Positions 41,488 through 51,951 are shown, counted from the stretch's first letter. The stretch is DNA of 64,000 bases from Candidatus Magasanikbacteria bacterium RIFCSPHIGHO2_01_FULL_33_34 (GCA_001782825.1 MFPS01000007.1:84487-148486), one strand, 5' to 3'. The notes: a model not told the origin generated them from the sequence alone. Program-made: numbers and translations.

Positions 41488-42432
41488 TTATATTTTAAGC
41501 CTGATTTTAAAATTTTCTATAGTTTTTATCAGACCCTCTTCTAATTCAATTTTTGGTTCCCAATCTAATACCTTCTTAGCAAGTGATATGTCTGGTTGGC
41601 GTTGCATCGGATCATCCTCACGAAATTCACCATTAAATATTAACTGACTTTTACTATTTGTTAATTCAATAACTTTTTTGGCTAATTCTTTTATAGTAAA
41701 TTCATTTGGATTACCTAAATTGACCGGACCTGTAAAATCAATATCCGAATTCATCATCTTAGTAATACTATCAACAAGATCATCAACATAACAAAAACTA
41801 CGAGTCTGTGAACCATCACCATCAATTAATAAATTTTCATCTTTCAAGGCATTTAAAATGAAGTTAGATATAACACGACCATCCTCAAAAGCCATACGTG
41901 GACCATATGTATTGAAAATCCGGATTACCTTTATTTCCATTCCATGCATACGACGATAATCAAAACAAAGTGTTTCAGAAACTCTCTTCCCCTCGTCATA
42001 ACAAGCTCTCGGACCAATTGTATTTACATTGCCTCGATAACTTTCCACTTGAGGGTGAACATCAGGATCACCATAAACTTCCGAAGTTGATGCTTGTAAA
42101 AATCTAGCATTGTGTCTACGAGCCAGTCCAAGCATATTTATTACGCCGATTGTATTGGCTTTGATTGTCCTAACCGGATTTTCTTGATAATGAATCGGGC
42201 TAGCCGGACAAGCTAAATTATATACCTGATCAATTTTTTCATCCAAAAATAAAGGCTCAATAATATCATGTTCAATAAACTTAAAATTTTGATTACTTTC
42301 TAAATGTCTTATATTGTCATATGAACCAGTAAAAAGATTATCAACACAAAAAATTCTATTATTATCAGCAAGTAATTTTTCGCATAAATGAGAACCAATA
42401 AAACCGGCCCCACCTGTAATTAAAATATTCAT
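41488..42432 (-). CDS. uxs: UDP-glucuronate decarboxylase (UDP-xylose synthase)
   Basis: GGAGFIGSHL, YNLACPASP, QASTSEVYGDP, GPRACYDEGKR, RIFNTYGPRM, DGRVISNF, DDPMQRQPDI. Confidence 0.92.
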   Translation of the reverse strand: MNILITGGAGFIGSHLCEKLLADNNRIFCVDNLFTGSYDNIRHLESNQNFKFIEHDIIEPLFLDEKIDQVYNLACPASPIHYQENPVRTIKANTIGVINMLGLARRHNARFLQASTSEVYGDPDVHPQVESYRGNVNTIGPRACYDEGKRVSETLCFDYRRMHGMEIKVIRIFNTYGPRMAFEDGRVISNFILNALKDENLLIDGDGSQTRSFCYVDDLVDSITKMMNSDIDFTGPVNLGNPNEFTIKELAKKVIELTNSKSQLIFNGEFREDDPMQRQPDISLAKKVLDWEPKIELEEGLIKTIENFKIRLKI

Positions 42433-42493
42433 ATTTAAATTATTAGAATCATCAGTATTATTTATAATTAAGTATTATTTCCAATTATTTATT

Positions 42494-42552
42494 TTTACGG
42501 ATTTGTTTGTACCAACAGACAAACACCTCGGAGCCCGTAGGCAATGTGTAAA
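42494..42552 (-). ncRNA. Putative cis-acting structured leader RNA, copy 3 (covariant)
   Basis: Same core (minus strand GCC-loop-GGCUCCGAGG...AAUCCG) with compensatory stem changes; lies between a promoter and the uxs start. Confidence 0.6.
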
Positions 42553-42585
42553 TTGAAATCCAGCCTAAGGAGACATACAACCATA

Positions 42586-42614
42586 ATAATAACTTTATTT
42601 ATCTATTTTGTCAA
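42586..42614 (-). promoter_or_regulatory. sigma70-type promoter upstream of leader copy 3 and uxs
   Basis: Minus strand TTGACA-17 nt-TATTAT. Confidence 0.65.
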
Positions 42615-42680
42615 GTAAAAAAATGGCTAATTTAAGCAAAAATTTTATATAATAATGATGATTGATGTAAGAATTAATAA

Positions 42681-44390
42681 TTAAAATTTATAGACTTTAA
42701 AGACATCTTCATTACGATGATTTTTAATAAATTCAGGTTCAATACCCTTCTCTAATAAATATTTCTCAAAAGCAGTAGTCTCTACTTTTAATTTGTATGG
42801 CGCATAGAGCGGACCGACATTAAAATCTTTTTGTTCCACGCCGGTAAAATAAAGAAAATGTTCCACTCCTTGTTCTCTATAATATTCATCCCATTTGTCC
42901 CCAGTAATATTGAAAAACGCCTCATCAGACATTACTGGCCAACTATTATAAATAAGCCTTCTTTGAAATGTCCATAAACGAGACAAAAAATTAAAATCAT
43001 AATCATAAATAATAACCAATGCATATTTTGTAAAATTTTTTCTTGTCTCATTTTCTATCTGTTTATTTTGCAAATCTACCATAAATTGATATATAGGCTT
43101 GCCAAAGGCATCGGAAGTTTTGCCATACAAATAATCATCTAGGTAATCATTTACCTCAACAAAACCAAAATTTTGTTCTTCAACATTTATTTGCGCATAA
43201 TCAATATTCATTTTCCCTAAAGAAGGTGAAATTAAAAAACTATTGACAGTAAACAATAACTCAGACACAAAAATAAAACCTAAAAATAAATAAATAAATT
43301 TTTTATATTTTCCCCATTCAAATAATTTTGCAAAGATATATGCAATGAGTAAAATAAAATATGGTATTATCATCACTACAAAACGTAAAGTTGAACCAAT
43401 AATCAAAAACCAAAAACTTTCTAAAATAATTGTAGCCAATAAGAAAAGGACAAGCTTTGATCTATTTCTTATATACAAATAAATTGCAGTCAAAATAGAA
43501 AAAGAAATTATAAAATTAAAAATTATACTATTAGCTTGACGCAAAATTTCAAAGAAAAATATAAACCTATCACCTACTCTGCCAACCATTGCTCTTCCTT
43601 GCCTAAACTGCCACCGCTCAACATGCTGATTTAATAAGGCCGAAACTTGAAAATCAAAATGCCCAAAATTTTTATAAAGAAACAAATTATATAACCAAAA
43701 TGGAAAACTAAAAATTATAGTGCTTAATACACCATAATAAAAAAATTTATTTTTAATAAAACTATATTTATAAATTACAGCATAAATGAGTAAAATAGGT
43801 ACAATTATCAATACTGTAAGTTTAGTAATAATCCCCAGGCCAAGAGTGATTCCCCACAAAATCCACAAATACAATTTGTTCTCATCTAATGCTTTTATCC
43901 AAAGAAATAGTATAAGTAATGAAAAAAAGATAACTGTACCATCTTGAATACCCAGTCTAGACACCCATACATGATAAGATTGCATTGAGAACAATAACCC
44001 AGCGATATAACCAGCTCTCTTGTTTATAAGACGAGTAGCAATAAGATATATCAAAAAAACCGAAGCAATACCAAATAAAACAGATGGCGAACGCAAACCA
44101 AGCATATTCTCGCCCAATATACCTATACTTATGTGCTGTATTAAGAAAAATAATATAGGGTGATCATGAAAAGATAAATGCATCCACCATGGTACTTTAT
44201 CTACCCATTGCCATGGGGTTGTTTGTACAAGAGACAAATCATAATCAATCATAGAAATTGCCCTAAAACCTGTCAAAACTTCATCAGTATATGGATCATG
44301 AGAATCTACATTGAAAAACCTCAAAAAACTGGCTAAAAATATAATAGCAATAATAAGTAAAAAACCTTTACTTTTAAATTTTTTTAACAT
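42681..44390 (-). CDS. ArnT/PMT-family GT-C membrane glycosyltransferase
   Basis: YTDE, HDHPILFF, LRSPSVLFG, GLGIITKLT, multi-TM. Confidence 0.82.
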   Translation of the reverse strand: MLKKFKSKGFLLIIAIIFLASFLRFFNVDSHDPYTDEVLTGFRAISMIDYDLSLVQTTPWQWVDKVPWWMHLSFHDHPILFFLIQHISIGILGENMLGLRSPSVLFGIASVFLIYLIATRLINKRAGYIAGLLFSMQSYHVWVSRLGIQDGTVIFFSLLILFLWIKALDENKLYLWILWGITLGLGIITKLTVLIIVPILLIYAVIYKYSFIKNKFFYYGVLSTIIFSFPFWLYNLFLYKNFGHFDFQVSALLNQHVERWQFRQGRAMVGRVGDRFIFFFEILRQANSIIFNFIISFSILTAIYLYIRNRSKLVLFLLATIILESFWFLIIGSTLRFVVMIIPYFILLIAYIFAKLFEWGKYKKFIYLFLGFIFVSELLFTVNSFLISPSLGKMNIDYAQINVEEQNFGFVEVNDYLDDYLYGKTSDAFGKPIYQFMVDLQNKQIENETRKNFTKYALVIIYDYDFNFLSRLWTFQRRLIYNSWPVMSDEAFFNITGDKWDEYYREQGVEHFLYFTGVEQKDFNVGPLYAPYKLKVETTAFEKYLLEKGIEPEFIKNHRNEDVFKVYKF

Positions 44391-44476
44391 AATTTAGCCA
44401 TTATGTAGAAATAAAATAGACCCATAATTAGTAGGTCTATTTTACACTTTTTTTTACTCGTATTCAACTTCTTTGA

Positions 44477-45826
44477 TTATGATGACAATTCTTCACCATC
44501 TGGATATTCTTCTGAATCTTCTACTGTTACAATTCTATCCCATCTATATCCTAGATTTTTAAAAGCTTGTTCATCAGTTATATGTCTCTTTAAACCACCT
44601 TCTAGACGATATACTCTTGAATCATCTAAATACTTAATAAGAGTAAAATTAGGATGACGATCTGTATAATTTATCTCAGTTCCAACTGTATATTTGTCCA
44701 ATAATGATTCATCAATATCTTCTATCCAATTCCATTTATATCCCAATGTATTAAACACTGCTTCATCAGTTATCCAATATTTTTCTGTACCAAGTAATAA
44801 ATAAACTTTTGGATCACTAACTATTTTGACTAATGCGCCATATTTTGGATCATATTTTGATCCCCATGGCATAAAGCCTAAATTATCCTCATCCAAAGCA
44901 TCCAAACTTTCTCTTGAAACAACATTTACATCATTCCAACTATCAAAATAAGTAAAGAATACTCGTGAATTATTGAAAGATCTTTTTTTACAATCTTTAG
45001 TCACATAATATACAGCTGAAGATTGTGAACGCTTGAAAGCCTTACCAACTTGTAATGAACAACCCAGAGGGCCCTGTTCAGGTTCTAAATCTGACACAGC
45101 CATAGAATCTGCTGACGTCAATTCAACAAACTTAAACTGTGGTTTAAGACTACTGGTTGACAAGCCATAATAAGTAACCCGTAAATCAGTCCAACCATTG
45201 CCATCAGTATCTATATCTTTAGTTTCATTCTTGTTTAGAGACATTCTGAGAGGTTTTGATGAGATTGTTAATAATGCAATTGCATCTGACGCGCTTGTGA
45301 CCACAACTGTATGAGAAGCTGATGTTAATGATAAAGCAAAAGGATCATTTACATTCAAGGTTACCTCTACCGTGGTTGTGTCCGGAGTTTGAGTAGTACT
45401 ACTTCCTCCGCCACCACCACTACCAGGACTCACTCCACTACCACTACCGCCACCACTACCGCCAGTACATGAATTGGCTGCACCAGGAGTAATAGTCAGA
45501 GTTATACTAGATGAACACTGCATTGCAATTGTAGACAAACTATCTGTACAGGTTGATGCTAGCACTTCACAACCAGCGCTAGGTGTTAATTTACTTCTAT
45601 TAGTAGATCTAATTTCAACAATAGAGCTATCCTGCATTACAAATGCTATATCATTAGTATTTACAGTAAAAGATTCTACACGTGTCGCATTTGTCAAAGT
45701 ATAAGTTAAACCATTACCAGGAAGTAAAATATCTGCACTACCAGAAACCGTCACATCGTTAAATGCGGCTAATACGACAGATGGTACTAACAACAGCGCA
45801 AATATAATAAATAATATTTTCTTCAT
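44477..45826 (-). CDS. Secreted surface protein with Gly/Ser/Thr linker and three C-terminal ~45-aa repeats
   Basis: Signal peptide MKKILF...VLAA, GGSGGGSGSG linker, repeats of (L/F)xK....VY.....K......F......W. Confidence 0.65.
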   Translation of the reverse strand: MKKILFIIFALLLVPSVVLAAFNDVTVSGSADILLPGNGLTYTLTNATRVESFTVNTNDIAFVMQDSSIVEIRSTNRSKLTPSAGCEVLASTCTDSLSTIAMQCSSSITLTITPGAANSCTGGSGGGSGSGVSPGSGGGGGSSTTQTPDTTTVEVTLNVNDPFALSLTSASHTVVVTSASDAIALLTISSKPLRMSLNKNETKDIDTDGNGWTDLRVTYYGLSTSSLKPQFKFVELTSADSMAVSDLEPEQGPLGCSLQVGKAFKRSQSSAVYYVTKDCKKRSFNNSRVFFTYFDSWNDVNVVSRESLDALDEDNLGFMPWGSKYDPKYGALVKIVSDPKVYLLLGTEKYWITDEAVFNTLGYKWNWIEDIDESLLDKYTVGTEINYTDRHPNFTLIKYLDDSRVYRLEGGLKRHITDEQAFKNLGYRWDRIVTVEDSEEYPDGEELSS

Positions 45827-45862
45827 AAGGTTTTAATTTTGTTCCAATCTAATAGGAATTAA

Positions 45863-46453
45863 TTAGAAACAACTGGCAGTGGATGTTGCCCAACCAGTAG
45901 CTTGCATAGCTACAGTAGGACAAGCTGTACCATTACAAGGCCAATAATAAAGTTGTGTATCAGTTCCAGCTACATCAACTGTTGTTCTAAAACACAATTG
46001 TGGTACATCTATAGTTGAAGAAGTATTTACGGTTCCGATAGAAAGTTTTGCTGATGGAGTTGAGCTGGATATACCGATACGACTATTAACCTTATCTACA
46101 TAAAGCAAATCACTTAAATCACCCACAAAAGCTGTACTTGATACATATATATCCTTATAAGCAAAACTAAAAGCTCCCAAATCTATTGTATTGTTAGCAT
46201 TTGGGTCTAAATCTGCTGCCAAACGAGCTGTAACTGTAAGAGTGTCTGTGGTTGCATCACCAACAGTAACACTGCCATTAAATGTACTTGCGCCAGTCAC
46301 AGTCAAAGTACCTGTTACAGATACATTTGTACCAATTGATGTGGCATAAACATATGATAACGGCACAAGCATAGCTACTATCACCAAAATTAAATAAAAC
46401 AGAAAGTGACCCACTTTCTCCCTCCCCAATGTATTTGATATGCTCATATGCAT
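45863..46453 (-). CDS. Exported Thr-rich beta-strand-repeat protein (hypothetical)
   Basis: N-terminal TM/signal then SIGTNVSVTGTLTVTGASTFNGSVTVGD and RIGISSSTPSAKLSI. Confidence 0.55.
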   Translation of the reverse strand: MHMSISNTLGREKVGHFLFYLILVIVAMLVPLSYVYATSIGTNVSVTGTLTVTGASTFNGSVTVGDATTDTLTVTARLAADLDPNANNTIDLGAFSFAYKDIYVSSTAFVGDLSDLLYVDKVNSRIGISSSTPSAKLSIGTVNTSSTIDVPQLCFRTTVDVAGTDTQLYYWPCNGTACPTVAMQATGWATSTASCF

Positions 46454-46483
46454 ATATAGTTATATAAATAAATTAAATTAAAC

Positions 46484-46993
46484 TTAATTTTCTTCAAATG
46501 GACTATTCGGAATATATGTCCCATCTGGCAAACGGCGCATTACATCCACAATTTTATCCAAAATAGGATCATAAATTATAATTCCCAATTGATAAAATAA
46601 TAACTTATCGCCATTTTTTGCATATTGAAACAAATCTGGATAATCTGTCCTTAAGCCATCAATATTTGTGACACTAGCAACAGTCACATCGCCATCTACC
46701 AAAAGCATATGTTTGCTTACCATTTTTACTACCTCTTCCACACTTAACTCCTCTGGCAAAAATATTTTTTCTTCAATAACCTCCTGCTCTGTTTTAGGTT
46801 TAGCTTCATTTTTTATAAAATCAACTTTTTCTTTTTGAAAATCATTATAAATGACCTTTCTACCTAAACTGTATTTAAGTACATAACAACTTAATACAAG
46901 AACTATAACAAACATTATAAAACTTGAAATTGATAAAGCGATTACTAACTTCTGCATCCTTGAATCTTCTTTCTTTATCTTAGTCGTAGGCAT
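46484..46993 (-). CDS. Membrane-anchored hypothetical protein
   Basis: Single N-terminal TM; C-terminal F..AKNGDKLL....IIYDP motif; function unknown. Confidence 0.55.
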   Translation of the reverse strand: MPTTKIKKEDSRMQKLVIALSISSFIMFVIVLVLSCYVLKYSLGRKVIYNDFQKEKVDFIKNEAKPKTEQEVIEEKIFLPEELSVEEVVKMVSKHMLLVDGDVTVASVTNIDGLRTDYPDLFQYAKNGDKLLFYQLGIIIYDPILDKIVDVMRRLPDGTYIPNSPFEEN

Positions 46994-47147
46994 AATTTAG
47001 ATAAGCAAAACAAAAAATATTACTTTCATTATACCACATAATAAATAATTAATATAGAAGAATATAAAAAAAACATCATACTGTGGATAAATCCTTAAAA
47101 TTAGACAAATTTTTAATATTACAGTATATTTATTAATAAATTACCTT

Positions 47148-48329
47148 ATGAAAAAAAATAAACTAAAACTTCTCTATCTTATCACCCAAGGACATTGGGG
47201 TGGAGCCCAAAAATATGTATTTGATTTAGCTACAGCGCTAACTGATGAATATGATATTACAGTAGCTGTTGGAGAACCAAATAATCTACCTGATTTACAA
47301 AAAAAATTATTAACCAACCAAAAAATCAAACTAGTTCAACTTAATTTTTTGCAAAGATCTATTTCTCCTATAAAAGACTTTTTGGCTCTACTTGAAATCA
47401 ATAATCTATATCGCAAAATCAAACCAGATATTGTCCACCTCAATAGTACCAAAGCCGGCATTCTCGGCTCATTTGCTTGTCAAATGTCAAATGTCAAATG
47501 TCAAATGTTGGTATATACTGTCCATGGCTGGGTTTTTAATGAACCTATGAACAAATTTAAAAAATACATATATAAAATAATGGAAGGTATAAGTTCACGA
47601 CGCAAAGATAAGATTATTGTATTATCTGACAATGAAAAAGAAACAGGTATAAATTTATTGAATATCAAAAAAGATAAATTTGTAATAATTCCAGTCGGTA
47701 TTGAATCTAACATAACTACCCTAAACAGAGTGAACGCTATAAACAAAATAAATAATACTTTCAAAAAAAATATACTAAAGCAAGATGATTATATAATTGG
47801 CACAATTGCAAACTTCTATCCTACAAAAAATTTAAGTAGTCTAATAGAAGCAATCAATATTGTTAAAAACAAATTAAACAATTTTCATAGTATAATCATT
47901 GGCGAAGGAGAAGAAAGAGTACATCTGGAATTTTTGATAAAAAAATATAATCTTGAAAACAATATACATTTAACCGGTTTTATTGATAATGCTCAAAACC
48001 TCCTAAAAGCATTCAATGTATTTGTGTTACCTTCCAAAAAAGAAGGTATACCTTATACCATAATAGAAGCCAGAATAAATAATATCCCAATCATAGCCAC
48101 CAATGTTGGTTCTATATACAAAATAATTGACAATATGAAAACTGGCATACTTCTGGAACCAGAAAATACTCAAAAACTTGCCGAGGCATTGATTTATGCC
48201 TATGAAAATCAAAAAGAAATGATCGCAATGGCAAATGCATCCAAAGAACAAAATCTACCAGAATATCTCAAAAACACCATGATTATAGAAACAGCCAATA
48301 TATACAAAAATTTTACCAATAAATCCTAG
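47148..48329 (+). CDS. GT4 glycosyltransferase
   Basis: WGGAQKYV, VHLNSTKAG, YTVHGW, PSKKEGIPYTIIEA, ATNVG. Confidence 0.9.
   Translation: MKKNKLKLLYLITQGHWGGAQKYVFDLATALTDEYDITVAVGEPNNLPDLQKKLLTNQKIKLVQLNFLQRSISPIKDFLALLEINNLYRKIKPDIVHLNSTKAGILGSFACQMSNVKCQMLVYTVHGWVFNEPMNKFKKYIYKIMEGISSRRKDKIIVLSDNEKETGINLLNIKKDKFVIIPVGIESNITTLNRVNAINKINNTFKKNILKQDDYIIGTIANFYPTKNLSSLIEAINIVKNKLNNFHSIIIGEGEERVHLEFLIKKYNLENNIHLTGFIDNAQNLLKAFNVFVLPSKKEGIPYTIIEARINNIPIIATNVGSIYKIIDNMKTGILLEPENTQKLAEALIYAYENQKEMIAMANASKEQNLPEYLKNTMIIETANIYKNFTNKS
47478..47508 (+). repeat. Heptamer tandem repeat (TGTCAAA) x4 inside the GT4 gene
   Basis: tgtcaaa tgtcaaa tgtcaaa tgtcaaa tgt, encoding CQMSNVKCQM. Confidence 0.85.
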
Positions 48330-49765
48330 AATTTTTGCAACACTATATATCTATCATCAATTATTGTCATTTTGTATAATCCAGAATTAATTCTAGAATC
48401 AAAATATTGTTGAAATTGCTGATCAGAACTAAATCCTAACTTATCAAATCTATCAATTATTACTATATCTACATAAAAATCTTCATAACCTATCATTTTA
48501 ATATATTCTCTATGTGATAAATAAGGTAATAAATTTGTATAAGTCGCCACAGACACATCATCCGGTATTTGTTTCACTATTTCTCTAAATGTTTCAGCTC
48601 GCAAATTTTTTTGAAATAAATAAATAGGAAATTTTTTTGGACCAACAAAAGAGAAAAAAGAAAAAGATAATATTGAAAAAATAATTATTGAATAAAAAAT
48701 AATCTTTTCTTTTTTAATTTTATTAAACAAAAACAAAACTCCATATACAGTCGAAATATACAAACCTGGTAAAATTACCGCATCATATTGAAACAGACCT
48801 GAAAATTGAGGTTCATAGTTCGTTAAAATATTCTCTAATACTCCTGGCAATACCAAAAATATAGAGGAAATTGATAATAACGGCAATAATACTACAGGTA
48901 AAAGCAAAAATAAAATATATTTTAATTTTACTATTGTAAAAATAGTTGAAAAAAACGACAACGGATTAGCTACAATATTTCTAATAATACCAACAAAATC
49001 AGCCCCTAAATGACCATACCTATCCAGACGCAATAGCCCTCCACCAAAATAAGGCATAAGAAATTGTATTGAAATTATAAAATATAATAAAAGAAAAATA
49101 AAAAGAATAGCTATACTCTTTGCTTGTTTATTGATCTTTATTCGTATTTTCTTATTTTCAATTCTAAAAATTGACTGGATTAGCCAAAATAAAACAATTG
49201 ATACACAAATCAAAACTGAATCTTCCTTTGTCGATGCTGACAATAATATAAAAATCCAAGCCAAAAATAATCTTTTCTTTTCAAAAAAATAAAATGCTGA
49301 AAATACAAAAGGAATAAAAAAAGCCACTGGATGAAAATCAAACAAATTTATACTATGAAGTGATGGATGTAAAAGATAAGATAATATAATAACTTTTACC
49401 AAACGATCATTATTCAACTTTTCTTTGGCAAAGAAATACAAAGGAATTGCCCCCAAACCAAGCGCCAATGTCTGGATTATTATTAAAAAATAAGGACTTT
49501 GAAAAAAAACATAAAACGGAATCAATAAAAATAAAAAAGGGCTCATATGAACACCCAAATGATTTGGTATTTCTTCCAAGCTATTTTGCATCACCCTACT
49601 ATTGACAGTGTTCCACATCGTTTGCTCAAATATACCCATATCCCAAGCCTGAGTTTGAAATTGATAATGACGCAAAATTGATACAGTTCCCAAAATTATT
49701 AAATACAACAAAATTACAATAGACAAAAATTTGTATTGAAAAATTTTTTTTAAAAAATCAGCCAT
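48326..49765 (-). CDS. DUF2079-like membrane protein (GT-C fold)
   Basis: WDMGIFEQ..WN, HLGVHMSP, FDFHPVAF, KED, FQYDA. Confidence 0.75.
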   Translation of the reverse strand: MADFLKKIFQYKFLSIVILLYLIILGTVSILRHYQFQTQAWDMGIFEQTMWNTVNSRVMQNSLEEIPNHLGVHMSPFLFLLIPFYVFFQSPYFLIIIQTLALGLGAIPLYFFAKEKLNNDRLVKVIILSYLLHPSLHSINLFDFHPVAFFIPFVFSAFYFFEKKRLFLAWIFILLSASTKEDSVLICVSIVLFWLIQSIFRIENKKIRIKINKQAKSIAILFIFLLLYFIISIQFLMPYFGGGLLRLDRYGHLGADFVGIIRNIVANPLSFFSTIFTIVKLKYILFLLLPVVLLPLLSISSIFLVLPGVLENILTNYEPQFSGLFQYDAVILPGLYISTVYGVLFLFNKIKKEKIIFYSIIIFSILSFSFFSFVGPKKFPIYLFQKNLRAETFREIVKQIPDDVSVATYTNLLPYLSHREYIKMIGYEDFYVDIVIIDRFDKLGFSSDQQFQQYFDSRINSGLYKMTIIDDRYIVLQKF

Positions 49766-49772
49766 ATAAAAA

Positions 49773-51833
49773 CTACTCTACCAAGTCACCCTCGGCTTTA
49801 TTTTTTTCTGATTTGTATTTATTTAATATACTTTCAATCACTGGCTCACCCTCACCACCAAAATTAATGCCTTTTTCAGTGGCTTCATTTATTGTCGATA
49901 TTGCATCATCCATAGTCCTAAATACACTCTGCAAAAGAGCCAAGCGCCACCAACTTTCACCAATCGTTTCATCATCTTTTATGGCTCGCCTATACAATGC
50001 CTCTGCTTCATCAACTTTATCCAATTGAATCTTGATTCCAGCCAAGGTATAAATAAACTGCTGTCTTTTTGGAGACTTTTCTAAACCATCTTCCATAATC
50101 TTTTCTGCCTCAAGCAATAAGCCTTTATTTCCTGAAAGCGTAGCTGCTTCTTGGATTAACAAAGCTTGTTGAGAATGAATACGCAAATCCAATGGATGCA
50201 ATTTTCTATTCTTTTCTAATTCTTCAATAGATAATTGAAATAAAGCTTGAGCCAATTCTGGTTTCCCCGCTTGTACATATCCACGCAAAGATGAACTTAT
50301 AGTTCTGGTAACATCATTGCGAATATCATCAATATGCGGAGTTGGAATACTAACAGCTTTTTCATAAAGTGGTCTTATATCCTCCATACCATAAATCCCT
50401 CTCAAAACTATTAAAGTTGCCATATTGGCCCGAGCTGGATTTAAATTGGTTGCATAAATAAATAAAACCATAGTCAAAATAGAAACAACTGCAACTGGAA
50501 TAGAAATATTTTTATTTTTTGCATCTGCTATATTCTCAATGTCTTTATTCTTTATTCCCAAGATCTGACTATTTATCATCGCCAAAAAGAAAAAGAAATA
50601 TAAATAAGAAGTAGGGTTGTCAAATACTGATACAGTCTGCGCTAAATGGGCTATCAAAAAAGCCGAAGTTACAGCCAAAAGATGTATATCAAATCCATCT
50701 GAATTTTTTCTATATAATTTCCATATATAAAAAATAGCAACAAAAAATATTCCCAAATAAATTATAACACCAACAATCCCCCGTTCTGTCAAAGTATTAA
50801 GAACAATATTGTGAGCATTGTCAAACCAGGTTTCACGATAACTAAAATGTAAAAATTCTGCTTTATAATATTGATTAAAAGCAAAATAATAATTGCTAGG
50901 GCCCCAACCAAAAATTGGATAATCTTTCCAACCTTCAATCGCTATTTGCCAAGCCATAAACCTAGTCCCAAGAGTGCTATTTGAAGTATTCAATAATCTG
51001 CCAACAGTGGGAATACTCTTGATAAAACTAGTCTGTCTAAAACTAAATACAATACCAAAAAAAACTATTAAAAATACAGTCAACAATAATAAAAGTTTTC
51101 TAATCTTTGTATGTTTTTTGAGAGTAATAATATATGAAATAATCAAAATACCAATACCCACTATAAACGCTAATAAAGCTCCTCTGGAACCACTAAAAAA
51201 TATACCCAAAAAACCCAAAAAACCAACAATGCCCACAAATAACTTCCACCCCAACGACTTCTCTTTCATCAACATAAGCCAGCCCATAAAAGCCAAAAAT
51301 AATCCATAACCACCAACATAAATCGGATTGCCAAGTGTAGAGGCTGATCTATTTCCACTAGTATTTAATAAAAACTCCTGATCAAATTGTTGAATTAAAG
51401 CAATCCCCATCACAATCCCTCCAGCCAACAAAAAAGTTCTTAGCAACCATTGCCAATCGTCCCAATTGCGTACTACCGATGTAACCATCAAATAATACAA
51501 AACATAATGAGCTACAGTAAAAAATCCCAACATCCTTTCATGATTATCCCAAAAACTTCTGTACCAATCTAACCCAACAAAGGTTGAGATACCAAAACTA
51601 ATCAAAAATAACAAAATAACTATATTTAAAGGAGAATTTCGTATAATATATTTTTTCCAATCACTAGCCAAAAGAATAATATACAAGGCAAGAAGTACAA
51701 GAGTAAGCGATCTGAATATCACAATCTTTGGAACAATAAACGGAAAAATAAAATTTGTCGGAAAAAAAGCCAATGGTACAAAAAAAGTTAATCCAACCAC
51801 AATTTTAAATAATAATTCAATTCTTTTTTGCAT
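49773..51833 (-). CDS. O-antigen ligase/O-oligosaccharyltransferase family protein with C-terminal TPRs
   Basis: SFW..HERMLG, STLGNP, SGSRGA, R...WQIA..G....PIFGWG, FDNAHN..L..L.ERGIVG; helical TPR-like C-terminus. Confidence 0.85.
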   Translation of the reverse strand: MQKRIELLFKIVVGLTFFVPLAFFPTNFIFPFIVPKIVIFRSLTLVLLALYIILLASDWKKYIIRNSPLNIVILLFLISFGISTFVGLDWYRSFWDNHERMLGFFTVAHYVLYYLMVTSVVRNWDDWQWLLRTFLLAGGIVMGIALIQQFDQEFLLNTSGNRSASTLGNPIYVGGYGLFLAFMGWLMLMKEKSLGWKLFVGIVGFLGFLGIFFSGSRGALLAFIVGIGILIISYIITLKKHTKIRKLLLLLTVFLIVFFGIVFSFRQTSFIKSIPTVGRLLNTSNSTLGTRFMAWQIAIEGWKDYPIFGWGPSNYYFAFNQYYKAEFLHFSYRETWFDNAHNIVLNTLTERGIVGVIIYLGIFFVAIFYIWKLYRKNSDGFDIHLLAVTSAFLIAHLAQTVSVFDNPTSYLYFFFFLAMINSQILGIKNKDIENIADAKNKNISIPVAVVSILTMVLFIYATNLNPARANMATLIVLRGIYGMEDIRPLYEKAVSIPTPHIDDIRNDVTRTISSSLRGYVQAGKPELAQALFQLSIEELEKNRKLHPLDLRIHSQQALLIQEAATLSGNKGLLLEAEKIMEDGLEKSPKRQQFIYTLAGIKIQLDKVDEAEALYRRAIKDDETIGESWWRLALLQSVFRTMDDAISTINEATEKGINFGGEGEPVIESILNKYKSEKNKAEGDLVE

Positions 51834-51840
51834 ACGAAAT

Positions 51841-51945
51841 ATTTAAACATTAAAACATATAAACATACAAACATATAAACATTTTACAAATCTTAAAATA
51901 CTCTACTAAAAATGTTTAAATGCTTATATGTTTGTATGTTTATAT
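51841..51945. repeat. Inverted pair of octamer arrays (NNAAACAT)n / (ATGTTTNN)n
   Basis: ttaaacat taaaacat ataaacat acaaacat ataaacat ... atgtttaa atgcttat atgtttgt atgtttat. Confidence 0.8.
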
Positions 51946-51951
51946 CTTAAT

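Noticed and set aside
47082-47090. Perfect DnaA box (TGTGGATAA) in a divergent spacer
   Set aside because: Single box, no cluster and no dnaA/dnaN nearby; not enough to call an origin
51841-51945. Octamer and heptamer arrays as CRISPR arrays
   Set aside because: Units are 7-8 nt in tandem with no unique spacers and no cas genes
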